Part shown: positions 48,966 through 61,636 of the stretch, one piece after another
Layout of the letters: each line of letters starts with the position of its first letter
Position numbering within the stretch: the stretch's first letter is position 1
Source of the DNA: Octopus sinensis
Lineage: Eukaryota
Assembly: GCF_006345805.1 (NCBI RefSeq)
Contig: NC_043019.1
Coordinates: 18,537,360-18,601,359, forward strand
Direction: 5' to 3'
DNA: 64,000 nucleotides
The notes under the pieces: generated by a model
Databases searched by the model: none
What the model was told of the DNA's origin: nothing
What the model saw: only the letters and a program-made list of their open reading frames with translations
Made by a program: the position numbers and the translations under genes

Positions 48966-49037
48966 ATTGTAAAGATGTCTATACAACACTTAGAAATCCA
49001 TCAAGGTTTGTTTTCGAGGGCGTGTCTCATTGCACAG
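48966..49037 (+). CDS. Candidate 72-nt internal exon (phase-1 reading DCKDVYTTLRNPSRFVFEGVSHCT)
   Basis: Long polypyrimidine acceptor ...ctctttttttag and donor CAG|gtaaat; frame-preserving; no homology support. Confidence 0.3.
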
Positions 49038-49334
49038 GTAAATAATTATGCTATAGCAGTAATTGTTCATCATTTTACCACAAACAGATGTAAAACAGAA
49101 ACTATATAAAATTGTAACACAGTGACATTTCTTAAATTTCTTTCATTTATTTTGATTTTTATATTCTTTCACTGGTTTTATTCACTGAAATTTGACAATT
49201 CTTGGGCATTAAGAAGTACTCTGGCAGATATATAGGGCAAACAACCAACACGTATCAATATCACACAGCCTAATCATAACATTTCTCTAGTACTCCTATC
49301 CCAATAAGCACACACACACAGGAACTGGTGTATA

Positions 49335-49367
<33 letters not shown>

Positions 49368-49462
49368 GAAATAATTAAGATTCATTTGAGGCACCAGGTC
49401 AGTCCAGTATTATCTGCACAGCTCGAAGTAAGGTGAATAAAATCAAAATAAGTAACAGGATG

Positions 49463-49548
49463 TGCAATACGACCATTTCAAGTGGTTCCATTTAATTGAA
49501 CAATGCAAGCATTATATCAATTTAAATACTCTGCTGTCTTCAGTTGCA
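49463..49548 (-). ncRNA. Type I hammerhead, long stem II, partly decayed
   Basis: Minus strand: tgcaa CTGAAGA ...atttaaattga..aatgc-tt-gcatt..tcaattaaat... GAAA tggtcg TA ttgca; perfect stem I, base of stem II disrupted. Confidence 0.65.
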
Positions 49549-49659
49549 ATAAACATGGGTTTTCAACAGACAAGATATATTAATATAATTTTTCTCAAAC
49601 ATTTTGCCAGAAATAATTTCATGCTGCCACTATTGCAGCATGAATAATCTAGACTCAGC

Positions 49660-49941
49660 AATTGACACCCTGGTCTCGCGCCATTTCCGCTCTAGTGGTC
49701 ATTCACTACAACACCTATCTGTGTTCGGATTGTCTTTGCACAGAATCCATCCGGACTCCCGTCCTCGGCATGAACAAGAATTAATCTTCTCTCTTCATTC
49801 TTTTGCCCCACATGGGCTCAACTCTCCCCCTCTCCTCTTTTTATCTGACACCTACTTCCTCTCTTCATTAACACCCCTTCCACCCACACCCCATTCCCAC
49901 ATACCCCACTCTTACCCCCACACCTCCAACCACACCCACAT

Positions 49942-49945
<4 letters not shown>
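49660..49945 (+). mobile_element. Penelope-like element GIY-YIG endonuclease C-terminus and 3' region
   Basis: VSRHFRSSGHSL..LSVFGL...RHEQELIFSLHSFAPHGLN matches the PLE HF...H..E..I..L....P.GLN signature. Confidence 0.8.
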
Positions 49946-49985
<40 letters not shown>

Positions 49986-50339
49986 CCGAGAGAAATACAA
50001 ATACATTTATACGTACATAAACACATACGAGATACATTATTTATATTAAATTATAATTGAATATTATAATGTAATATAGTATATATAAGGTCTTGCTGAA
50101 GCCATCATTTCTTGGTGATACCCTGCTACTCCTGGTAGATAACACTTTGAGCCACACAGGTAACAACCCTCCAACAACCCATTATTCTGTTTGGGTAGTC
50201 ACTGCTCGTGAGGTATTTACGAGTTCAAAGTTCAGAGTGCAAATCTACTTCAACATTTTAAAATTACCTTTTATAGCATAAAGAGGAAAGTTTGGGTCTA
50301 TATGTTCACATGCCAGCACCCTGACATGATGTTAAAGAG

Positions 50340-51110
50340 AGCAGTTGAAATGAAATAGTTCTATCTTAGCATTGTAATGTGAGGTGAGTATGATTTTTAT
50401 AGAGGATGGATAGCAGGGGACTAAGCTTTGGGTGGATTTTGACAATTTTATTGGAATATTTTCCAGATCATACAAATGATATTGTGCTCACGGCATTTGT
50501 GGGAATAAAGTTTGAGTTTTTTGAGATGATTCCAATAATCAATACCTGTAATGTGGTCTGGGTTTCTTTTTTGTGATTGATCTCTGAGATGCTTCAATTT
50601 TTATAATATTTTGTTTCATGTAGGGAGATCACAACAGACAACATTTTTCAAAGTGAGGACGAGCAAAAGTGGAGAGGAAAAAGGTAATGATAGGAAAATC
50701 TCTTTACAAAAAAGTCCTGAGAATACAAGAGCACACCCTTCGGAACATGTTGACTTTGTTGTTTATATGAGCACTCCAACTTAAGTTACTGTCGCCAGTT
50801 ATTCTGAGGTCCCTATGGGTACTTGATGTCACGAGGTTTTCACCTGAGGAAAGAGTGTATTGTAGTTTAAGTGCAGCCTCTATTGAAGTCGATTAATTTG
50901 AATTTAGCTGCATATTTTTTTTGCCCATTGCATAACTGCGAGAAGATCTGTTTGGAGATTAGTTCAGTTTCCTGTCCTGTTGACAAAAGAAATTGTAATA
51001 CTGCTGTTTCATGATATCAATGTAATTGGTGTAAGTAACGAAAAGGAGTGGGCTCAATATGGTGCCTTGTGAAACTGCACGCAATAGCCGTAGATCCGTA
51101 AACAAGCTTT
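50340..51110 (-). mobile_element. Old CR1-type RT remnant
   Basis: Hand translation: VSQGTILSPLLF, ILRTF, RPHFEKCCLL*SP. Confidence 0.6.
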
Positions 51111-51330
51111 CAAAAGCAAACTACAAGTTTCATACTCAAACTGAATCTGTGTACGTGTGTATATGTCTGTACACATTTAGTTTAATTTGGGCAAAAACCT
51201 TGAAATGCGCTCTTTAAAGCTTGTATGCTTCATGTCATCTACCACATGCTAATTCCATCTCCTTGAATAATCTAATGGTATGGGAATGTATGTGGAACTC
51301 CTTTATGTTCAAGATGAATATAATAATAAT

Positions 51331-51360
<30 letters not shown>

Positions 51361-51361
<1 letters not shown>

Positions 51362-52489
51362 TACAACTGGAAAACTACTATAAAATAACCACCATAGGAC
51401 TGCAAAAATATCTACTTCAGAAGGAAGGAAAACTGATACAAATAGCGGCAAAACACAAGCAAAACAAAAAACTGTTCTCAGTATTTAAGGAAGCTGACAA
51501 ATACAAACAAGAAATCATACCACCTAATAAATATGAAGAAGAAGAAGAAGATGAAGAAACAACAAAAGCTATAAAACAAATGAAATCCAAACTAAAAATA
51601 GAACAGCAACAAACCATGATAAAACGATGGCAAGAAAAGCCCCTTCATGGTAAATACTGCACTAAACTAAGCGCAAAAGAAATAGACAAAGAAAAATCCC
51701 AGCAATGGTTGAGAAGCTCAGGACTCAAAGCAGAAACAGAGGGATTTTTAATTGCAGCACAAGACCAAAGCCTCCCCACCAGAAATTACCAAAAACATGT
51801 AATGAAAAGAAATATAACAAGTAACTGCAGAATATGTGGAGATGGACAAGAAACAATAAATCATATTATCTCTAGCTGCCCAGTCCTGGCTAAGAAGGAA
51901 TATATTCACAGACATGACAGAGTTGGAACCTACATACATTGGAAGCTATGCCAACATTATGGAATAACAACAGAAAAAAGATGGTATAGGCACACACCAG
52001 AAAAGGTCACAGAAAACGAGAAAGCAACCATACTCTGGGATATGCCGATACACACTGATAGAGAAATTAAGGCCAACAGGCCAGATATAGTTGTCAGAGA
52101 TCATGAAGAAAAAAAATGCTTTCTAATTGATGTATCAATACCGGCAGATGACAACGTGTCTCTAAAAGAAATGGAGAAACTCTCAAAATACAAAGACCTG
52201 GAAATAGAGGTAACCAGAATGTGGAATCTAAAAACAGAAACAATTCCTATCATAGTAGGTGCATGAGGCATGATAAAAAAATATTCAGACAAATACATAA
52301 CAAAAACACCAGGACTTACAAACACATATAACATACAGAAAATTGCACTACTAGGCACTGCACACATCCTACACAGAACACTTTCCATACATTAACCATC
52401 AGAGCATCACAACAAATCAGAACACATACCCAAAGCACACAGAGCTGCGCTCGGTAGTGAAGTGAAAGCATGCTATAAAAATAAAACTA

Positions 52490-52495
<6 letters not shown>
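51361..52495 (+). mobile_element. R4/Dong-clade LINE 3' part (zinc knuckle plus REL endonuclease), young
   Basis: PLHGKY, GLKAETEG..AAQDQ, CRIC..HIISSC, HRHD, NRPDIV..LIDVSIP..EKLSKYKDL; one internal stop at 52264; (AAT)n on both sides. Confidence 0.93.
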
Positions 52496-52527
<32 letters not shown>

Positions 52528-52641
52528 TAATAATAATAAAATAACACGAGGGTGGAAAAGCATAGGCTTTGATTATGCATTGCAACATATAGTTCTTCAC
52601 TATACAACATCATTTGGTGGGAATTTTTCATATTCATGTAA

Positions 52642-52790
52642 TCTTATTAAAACTGAAAATGTTTGTGTGTATTGGTATGTCCTCATTTTGCGCCAAAACG
52701 GCTTGACCGATTTTTCTTAAACTTTACACCCACATTGCTTATGAGTCTGGGGAGGTTTTAAGTATAAATTGATTTCGAAAAATGTTCAGG
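52642..52790 (+). mobile_element. Non-autonomous Helitron-like 5' end
   Basis: TCTTATTAAAA...tgtgtgt...aaaacggcttgaccgattt...aaacttt pattern. Confidence 0.4.
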
Positions 52791-53555
52791 TAAACGGCAG
52801 GAGGAATAACATTTGGGAATAGTTGGATGGTAGGCGTTCCTTCGTAAATTAAGGTTTTTAAGCTTCCAAGGGAAATAACCTATTCCCTCCTTTGTAAATT
52901 ATTTGGTAAAAATGAAATTGAATATACTTATTTCTTAGTATTTGAATTATTTTAGTTATTTTCTCAGTTTGTCCAGTACAAGGCTTAAACAAGTTAAAAG
53001 TATTCTCCTAAACAATAGATCCACTTATTTTGGTTAGTGATTTATTCACGAATATACCAACTCTAGCGCTGCTGAGGGTAATATTCTCTGGGAATGCACA
53101 AAAGCTTTCTTTGTTAATTACTTTGAATTCTTATTATCTCATATCTGATTAGCATGTTGTTGCATAACATGTTTCACGATTTTAGTATACATACCTTATT
53201 AGTATTTTCTCCTAAGTTCTATATACTCTGAGAAGGCATTAAAGCCCTTTCTGGGGCCACTTTATTTGAATTCTTACTATCGGGTACCTAATTTCATGTT
53301 ATTACATAACTGACTTCACAATTTCATAACTTATTAGGAATTCCTAAAAACAAGATCCTTTGTAAGACAGTTCAGTATTCTCAATAAATATACAAAAACC
53401 GTTTTAAGGGCTACTTACATTGTACTGTTACTAGATTCTGCTTTCCTAGGAATTACTGGGCATGTCACCTGGTATATATATATATGTATGTGTGTGTGTG
53501 TGTATATATATATATGTATGTATGTATATGTATATATATCAGAAGGCTTTCCCAT

Positions 53556-53908
53556 AGGTGCTGGAGTGGCTCTGTGGTCAGTAGCTTACTTACCAACCAC
53601 ATGGTGCCAGGTTCAGTCCCACTGTGTGGCACCTTGGACAAGTGTTTTCTACTATAGCCTCGGACCGACCAAAGCTTTGTGAGTGAATTTGATAGATGGA
53701 AACTAGTAGAAGCCCATCATATATGTATATGTGTATATATATTTGTGTGTCTGTGTTTGTCCCCACCAACATCGCTTGACAGCCGATAGTGGTTCAGCAA
53801 AAGAAATCGATAGAATAAGTACTAAGAATAAGTTCTGGAGTTGATTTGCTTGACTAAAGGCGGTGCTCCAGCATGGTCAGAGTCAAATGACTGAAACAAG
53901 TAAAAAGA
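53556..53908 (+). mobile_element. tRNA-derived SINE (same family as 42038-42450)
   Basis: Head ggagtggctctgtgg...ggttcagtccc; end gactgaaacaagtaaaaaga. Confidence 0.8.
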
Positions 53909-53909
53909 C

Positions 53910-53949
<40 letters not shown>

Positions 53950-54101
53950 CACACACATACTTTTTACTCTTTTACTTCTTTCAGTCATTTGACTGCGGCC
54001 ATATACATAGAGATATGTGTGTGTGTGCATACATATATATATATATATGTGTGTGTATGTGTGTATGTGTATATATATATATATGTGTGTGTGTATGTGT
54101 G

Positions 54102-54151
<50 letters not shown>

Positions 54152-54160
54152 GGTATATAT

Positions 54161-56736
54161 ATATGCTTTCAATGCAAATGGTTTTGTTATACGACGCCGT
54201 ATTTTACAATCATCATCATCATCATCTTCGTTTAGCGTCCGCTTTCCATGCTAGCATGGGTTGGACGGTTCAACTGGGGTCTGGGAAGCCAGAAGGCTGC
54301 ACCAGGCCCAGTCTGATCTGGCAATGTTTCTACGACTGGATGCCCTTCCTAACGCCAACCACTCCGTGAGTGTAGTGGGTGCTTTTTATGTGCCACCGGC
54401 ACAGGTGCCAGATGAGGCTGGCAAACGGCCAAGATTGGATGGTGCTTTTTACATGCCACTGGCACGGGGCCAGGCGAGGCTGGCAACGGCCACGAACGGC
54501 TGGTGCTTTTTACGTGCCACTGGCATGAGGCCAGTCGGGGCGGCACTGGCAACGGCCACGTTCGGATGGTTCTCTTACGTGCCACCAGCACTGGTATCAC
54601 AGCTGCAATTTCCATTGATGTTGATTGGTTTCGATTCTCACTTGCATCAACAGGTCTTCGCAAGTAGAGTTTTGTGTTCCAAGAAGGAAGGGTATGCATA
54701 AGTGGACTGGCTACATCCCAGGTAGAGGCCATGGGTTATGGTCTCACTTGTCCTGCTGGGTCTTCTCATGCACAGCATACTTCCAAAGCTCTCGGTCTCT
54801 AGTCATTTCGTCAGTGAGACCTAAAGTTCGAAGGTCGTGCTTCACCACCTCTTCCCAGGTTTTTCTGGGTCTGCCTCTTCTACGGATTCCCTCAACCGCT
54901 AGGGTGTGGCACATTTTCACACAACTATCTTCATCCATTCTTGTCACATGACCATACCAGCACAAAGGTCTCTCTTGCACACCACAACTGATGCTTCTTA
55001 GGTCCAGCTTTTCTCTCAAGGTACTTACACTCTGTCGAGTATGAACACTGACATTACACATACATTGGAGCATACTGGCTTCATTTCTTGCAAGCTTACG
55101 CATATCCTCAGCAGTCACGGCCCATGTAGCATGGCTGTTCGTACACACGCGTCATACAGTCTGCCTTTTACTCTGAGTGAGAGGCCTTTTGTCACCAGCA
55201 GAGGTAAGAGCTCTCTGAACTTTGCCCAAGCTATTCTTACTCTAGCAGTTACACTTTCAGCACACCCGCCCCCACTACTGACTTGGTGACCTAGGTAACG
55301 GAAGCTATCAACTATTTCTAGTTTTTCTCCCTGGAATGTGGCAGAAGTTGGTCTCAGAGCATTTTCAGTGTTTATTGCTCTTGAGCATCTGCCACAAACA
55401 AAAACTATCTTCCTAGTTAGCCTTCCTTTGACATTGCTGCACCTCTTATGTGTCCATAGCTTACACTTGGTGCATCTTATAGAGTCTCTACCTACACCTT
55501 TTCTACAGATCGAGCATTGCCATCTACCTTAAGGCGTTTGTGATTTATCTACCTTCCTACTTATTAGGACTTTGGTTTTAGCTAGATTGACTCTAAGGCC
55601 CTTCGATTCTAATCCTTGCTTCCACACTTGAAACTTTTCCTCCAGTTCTGATAATGACTCAGCAATTAGAGCAAGGTCATCAGCATAGAGGAGCTCCCAG
55701 GCGCATCCTGTCTTGAATTCCTCCGTTATTGCCTGGAGGACTATGATAAATAGAAGGGGGCTGAGGACTGAGCCTTGGTGGACCCTTACCTCTACCCGGA
55801 ATTCTTCACTGTACTCGTTGCCAACCCTCACCTTACTAGCGGCGTCCTTGTACATGGCTTGCACAGCTCTCACTAACCATTCATCTATCCCTAGTTTCCT
55901 CATTGAGCACCAGATAAGGGATTGTGGGACCCTGTCAAAGGCTTTCTCCATGTCAACAAAAGCCAGGTACAGGGGCTTATCTTTGGCTAGGTATTTCTCC
56001 TGCAGCTGCCTTACCAGGAATATAGCATCAGTGGTACTTTTCCCTGGCACGAAACCAAACTGCATCTCATCTAAACTAACTCTCTCTCTAATTAGTTGGG
56101 CTATGACCCTCTCCGTAACCTTCATTACCTGATCCAACAGCTTGATACCTCTGTAATTATTTGTATCTAGAGCGTCACCTTTACCTTTGTAGCAGTTGAC
56201 TATTATGCTGCTACACCAGTCATTAGGTATGACTCCTTCATGTATCACCTGATTAACTATACGGGTGAGTAACCGACACTACCAGATAATTTGAGCATCT
56301 CTGCAGTGATTCCTGATGGGCCTGGGGCTTTCCCTGTCTTCATGCTTCTAATTGCCTTAACTACCAAGGAACTGTCAACTCGGATCCTGTAAATAATAAT
56401 AATGGTATTTTTATATAAGCTCAAAGTTTATGGCGTTCACCATGCAATTACTTAGGAAAATAGTCTAATAATGTCGACAGACAAAAGTAGGCTTTCCCAT
56501 CCGCGTGTGAAGGTAACACACTTAGTCATGTTAACAACGGAATGTGGGTTCACATCCCACGCTGATGGGAAAGCCTTCTTTTTTCTGTTGAGGGCATATA
56601 TGCCCCATGATTAGACTATTTTCCTTAGTCATTGCATGGTGAACGGCTTTAAGCTTATATAAAATACCATTATTATTCTTTACAGGATTGTAAAATACGG
56701 TGCCATATAATAAAGCCATTCACACCGAAAGCATAT
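54161..56736. repeat. Foldback element whose left arm (54161-54211 + 56384-56507) is split by the RTE; right arm 56558-56736
   Basis: Reverse complement of 56684-56736 matches 54161-54211, and that of 56558-56688 matches 56384-56507. Confidence 0.8.
54210..56385 (-). mobile_element. RTE LINE, 5'-truncated, relatively young
   Basis: 239-aa RT ORF: NYRGIKLL, QFGFVPG, AFVDMEKAFDRVP, HQGSVLSPLLF, LLYADDL; 3' UTR and tail. Confidence 0.95.
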
Positions 56737-56737
56737 G

Positions 56738-56802
<65 letters not shown>

Positions 56803-56814
56803 ATATATATATAT

Positions 56815-57100
56815 GCTTATTATAGCCTCAGGCTGATCAAAACCTTGTGAGTGGATTTCGTACTCGGAACTGTCGTATATACGTAGATTTGTGTATGTGT
56901 GTGCCTGTGTCTTGTGTTTCTACTCCCACCATTGCTTGACAACTGATGTTGCTGTGTTTACATTCCTGTAACTTAGCGGTTTGGTAAAAGACACTGACAG
57001 AATGAGTACTAAGCTTACAAAGAATAAATCTTGTGGTTGGTTGATTCGACCAGCAGCGATGCTCCATCATGGCTGCAGTCACATGACTGAAACAAGTAAA
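56815..57100 (+). mobile_element. tRNA-derived SINE fragment (headless)
   Basis: Body shared with 53556-53908. Confidence 0.65.
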
Positions 57101-57310
57101 GCAATGAAAATCTATGCCATTTTAATCCCAAGCAAGGCCAGGTATCTCTCAATAATAATACATTTGGATACTTTTTTAGCTTCATAGCTAGTGTGGATGC
57201 TTCTTCAAACAGGATACAACTAAAGAACTATTACCGAGATTCGCAAGGAGCCATGAAAGCATCAATTTGTGAGTTCGATTCTGTCTGAGATTAGCTCCTC
57301 ATTTTTTCAG

Positions 57311-57740
57311 TCATCATCATCATCATCATCATCATCGTTTAACGTCCGTTCTCCATGCTAGCATGGGTTGGACGGTTCGACCGGGGTTCTGGGAAGCCAG
57401 AAGGCTGCACCAGGCTCCAGTCTAATCTGGCAATGTTTCTACAGCTGGATGCCCTTCCTAACGCCAACCACTCCGTGAGTGTAGTGGGTGCTTTTTACGT
57501 GCCACCTGCACGGGTGCCAGGCGAGGCTGGCAACGGCCACGGTCGGGTTGGTGTATTTTATGTGCCACCGGCACGGAAGCCAGTCGAGGCGGTGCTGGCA
57601 TCGGCCACGAGTCGGATAGTGCTTTTTACGTACCACCAGACCAGGGATCCTGGCTGGTTCAATTCGGTTTCGATTTCGATTGCCCCAACATGTCTTCGCA
57701 AGCAGAGGGGGTTGGCATGGGTGTCTGTCGTCGGATATTT
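57311..57740 (-). mobile_element. RTE 3' UTR-only copy
   Basis: (CAT)n plus GTTTAACGTCC and tandem gtgccac repeats, as in the other RTE copies. Confidence 0.9.
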
Positions 57741-57855
57741 GTTTATATTTTGATTGTCTCTTCAAATCAGAGAATGAATTTCATTATGATATATATTATA
57801 TACAGTTATTATACAGTTATCTATATACACACATATATATAGGTATGTGTGTGTG

Positions 57856-57927
<72 letters not shown>

Positions 57928-58717
57928 TATATACATATATATAATATATATATACATATATGCATGTGTATATATATATATATATATTATTGTTGTGTGA
58001 GTGTATAGCGAAAGAAAAAGAATTGCTCTTTCAAGAACATCTAAAATTTAAATCAAAAAAAGTTGACCACATCCATGCAACTATTCTGTAATGAATACAG
58101 AATAACAAGACCTGGAAATGCAATTATAATTTTTACTGAAGAAAGTCAAAAACAACATCTGGTTTTTCAAAGAAAACCTTGACCAATTCAAATACAAAAC
58201 TTCTCCCCCCCCACTTAAAAGGCCACTTGGTACTAAACAAACAAGTAGGACCATACCAATACAAAAGCCATGCCTCTTAACCTCCCCCTCCTTCTTGAAA
58301 ACTTTTTCTTCTCCCTTGATTTTTTTTATACATAAAATGGCCAAAAAATCTAACTTTAAACTGCCTTTTTATAAATCCGATTACGGAAGAAAGTGCTAAA
58401 ATGTAAATTAAAAAATATATATATATAATCATTCAACATTCTGACTACCTTATTATTCTAAATATCTGTACATCACTTCAAACTCTCTCCCTTTCTATAT
58501 ATAAATACATATATATATATATATGTATGTATGTATGTATGTATTTATATATTATATATCTGTATGAGTTAAAGGTTAGGCAAACATGTAAGATAGTAAA
58601 TATCCAATATACTACTGGATGTATACCTATGTATTTATATCCAAGTGCTTACTGTTGCAGGGCAATATCACAATTGAATAATAGGTATGGGGGAGTAAAG
58701 CAGAAATTTACCCAGGG

Positions 58718-58938
58718 TTTATAAGGCAAATAAGAAAATGGAGAGGAAACACAATTGACAAGCATCAGCCTGTAAATATTCAATTATAATCTATTTATGA
58801 ATTGATTACAATCCTATGCATTCGATTATTTGGATCACTTATACATATGTAATCAGTTAATAAATAGATTATAATTGAGTGTTTTCAGGCTGATGTTTGT
58901 CGATTGTTTATCCTCTCCATTTTCTTATATGCCTTATA
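58718..58938. repeat. ~95-bp-arm inverted repeat
   Basis: 58718-58812 is inverted at 58848-58938. Confidence 0.75.
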
Positions 58939-59288
58939 GATATATATAATCCATTTAAGAGAAATCTTTCGGTTTTCCAAGATGTCTTACATTAAAACAG
59001 TTTTCTTTCAATGTTTTTGCGGATTCCGTCTTCGTGATGGGTTCAGATTTGATGTATCTTCCATGCATCTTGCTGTCACTCATCCATGCTGTTTGCTATG
59101 CACTGCTGTCTTCTGCTTATTATTATTGTTAGCTTCTAATGCTGGAGATGTACCAGCTGTTCGCTACCAGTGAACTAAGGTAACACCTCTTTTTTTCGAG
59201 TACCTTCCAGAGTATTCGAGCAGTTCCCAGCAGTGCTGTTTTCTGCAAGTGCTCCGCCCTTATTGTAGCCCCTATTTGTTCCATGTTG

Positions 59289-59325
<37 letters not shown>

Positions 59326-59346
59326 TATTATTATTATCTTCATTAT

Positions 59347-59702
59347 TATCATCTCTACCTTAGGAAGGCGGAGGTATTTTTTCAGTTGTGTATGTATGGA
59401 CAAAATATCTCAAGAACTGCTGGATGGATTTGGATGAGACTTTCAGGGATGTTTGGCCTTGTGACTGACACAAACCAGTTAGATTCTGAGACCAATCCTG
59501 TATCAGACTAGGATTCTGGATTATTTTTCCTATTTTTTTAACTTAATTTTTGAGAGTGTTCAGGTTCATTTATAGTATTCTCACTAGTGAGAGCAGCCGA
59601 GTTTATTTCAGATATTCTCATTTTAAAAATCATCTTTGGCTAATCATTGACAAAACATTGTTGTTGCCTTGGCAGAGGTTTACACTATCTGAATGCTCTT
59701 GT
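59347..59702 (+). mobile_element. Non-autonomous Helentron/HINE-like element
   Basis: 5' ...ggcggaggtattttt, 3' ttggcagaggtttacactatctgaatgctcttgtt; sits between T-rich microsatellites. Confidence 0.45.
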
Positions 59703-60135
59703 TGTTGTTGTTGTTATTATTATTATGTTTTTTCCTTCTTTCTTCAAATTTTCTTCCGTTCTCGCCGAGTGTTTTCCATACACCTAGAACAGAGAAGGGC
59801 ATTGTATGCATTCCCAGATTACATGTGCAAATTCACAGACAAAATATGTATTTAAAAATTAATAAATTAATAAATTCATGGATGGATGTTATTTTCACAG
59901 CGATAGTGCTCTTTTCAGTACATGGGCCGTTCCAGTTAATACGATTTTTTGCACTTCCTGTAGGGATAGTAAGCCTGGAATCATTTTCAAATAGGTTTCA
60001 GTACCTTTTTTTTATCATTCCTAGAGACCCTACAATCACTGGTACTGTAGTCGCCTTGAGATGCCACATTTTCTTAATTTCTATTAGCAGGTCTTTATAT
60101 TTATGCCACATTTTTTCAATTTCTATTAGCAGGTC

Positions 60136-60185
<50 letters not shown>

Positions 60186-60186
<1 letters not shown>

Positions 60187-61636
60187 TATGTCTGACTTTT
60201 GCTTTATGTCTGTACAAGTTGGCTCCAAGTCTCACCCAGAGACCTCAAGAGACAACAGGTTGGAAGTTCACGTTGTTATGCCATATATTTGGTTTTTTTT
60301 TTTTTTGGTGTTGTACTAGTGAATGTCTAATAAATAAATTTAAAAAAAAATTTTTTAAGTTTGTTTTAAACCTTGGGATTACATAGAGAGTATTTTGCGT
60401 AGGATATGAGCAGTTCCCATGAGCACTATCTTTTGAATTTCTGCCATTTTGGGGTTTCCTGGTATCTGAGTTAGGTAGCAATCAGCCCCTTTCGCTATCA
60501 TTCCCAGGGCACCTATGACAACAGGTATTGTTTTAGTCTTCAGGTTCCACATTTTGCTGATTTCTATTTCCAGATCTTTATATTTGCTCAGTTTTTGGTA
60601 GGTCTTGACAGATACGTTTATATCGATTGGGACAGTCATATCAATGAGGAGGCATGTTCTTTGTCTGAAGTCTTTCAATATGATGTCTGGCCTATTTGCA
60701 TCTATCTTTCTGTCAGTTTGAATGGTGAAGTTCCAGAGGAGTGAGATGTGGTCATTTTCAAGCACTGGAGGTGGATTGTGTTCCCACCAGTTTTTTTCAT
60801 GGGGCAAATCCAGGTTTTTGCAAATTACCCAGTGAATATATTGTGCAGCTCTATCATGCCTGTTGAGGTACTCTGTAGGCGCTAGAAGACTGCATTTGGA
60901 GACATGATCAATGGTTTCATTTTGTTGTTGGCATACACGACATGTTGGGCTACTGCCGTTCTTTAATATGTTGGCCTGGTAGTTTCTTGTTGGTAAGCAT
61001 TGATCTTGAGCTGCTATGATAAACCCTTCTGTTTCAGATTTTAAGCCAGAGGCCATTAGCCATTGATGGGTCAGGGCTTTGTCAATATCTGCATTATTCG
61101 CTCTCTATGGCAAATACCCAAAGAGAGGTTTTTCTTGCAATTTATTATTCAGAATATTTATGGCTGCAGTTTTGGCATGGGTTTTCATGCGCCTAGCTTT
61201 TTCTGTGCTTGTTTCTTGTATGTCTATCTCTAATTCCGAAAGTTGTTGTATTCGGAATTCACTTAGATATTCCTTTGCCTGTTTTGTTACTGAGTATGAT
61301 GCTTGTTTACATGTTTTGAGACAAGTTTTAACATCCAGTCCTCAGACTTTTTCAGGTAGGTGTCTAGGCCAACTGTAGCAATCTTCATTGTTATTGCCAG
61401 TTGTAAAAGTCCATGGCCTCCCTCTTTTCTTGGCAAATAAAGTCGTTCTGTATCTGCCTTAGGGTGGTGCATTCTATGCATTGTCAACAGTTTTTCGTAT
61501 TTTTCTATCGAGCTGACATATTTCAGTAATTGACCAGTTAACGATATTGAAACTGTAAGTCACGATTGGTATGGCTAATGCATTGATCGCTTCGATCCTG
61601 TTTCTTGCATTCAGCTCTGTCTTGAGTATTGCTCTA
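60186..61636 (-). mobile_element. R4/Dong-clade LINE 3' part
   Basis: HHPKADTERLYLPRKEGG, GLKSETEG..AAQDQ, CRVC, NRHD, RPDIIL..LIDMTVP..KLSKYKDL; (ATT)n on both sides. Confidence 0.93.

Noticed and set aside
53863-54369. Long ORFs rich in YI/CV/HT repeats (also 21947, 25820, 26888, 57680, 59693)
   Set aside because: Translations of microsatellites, not genes
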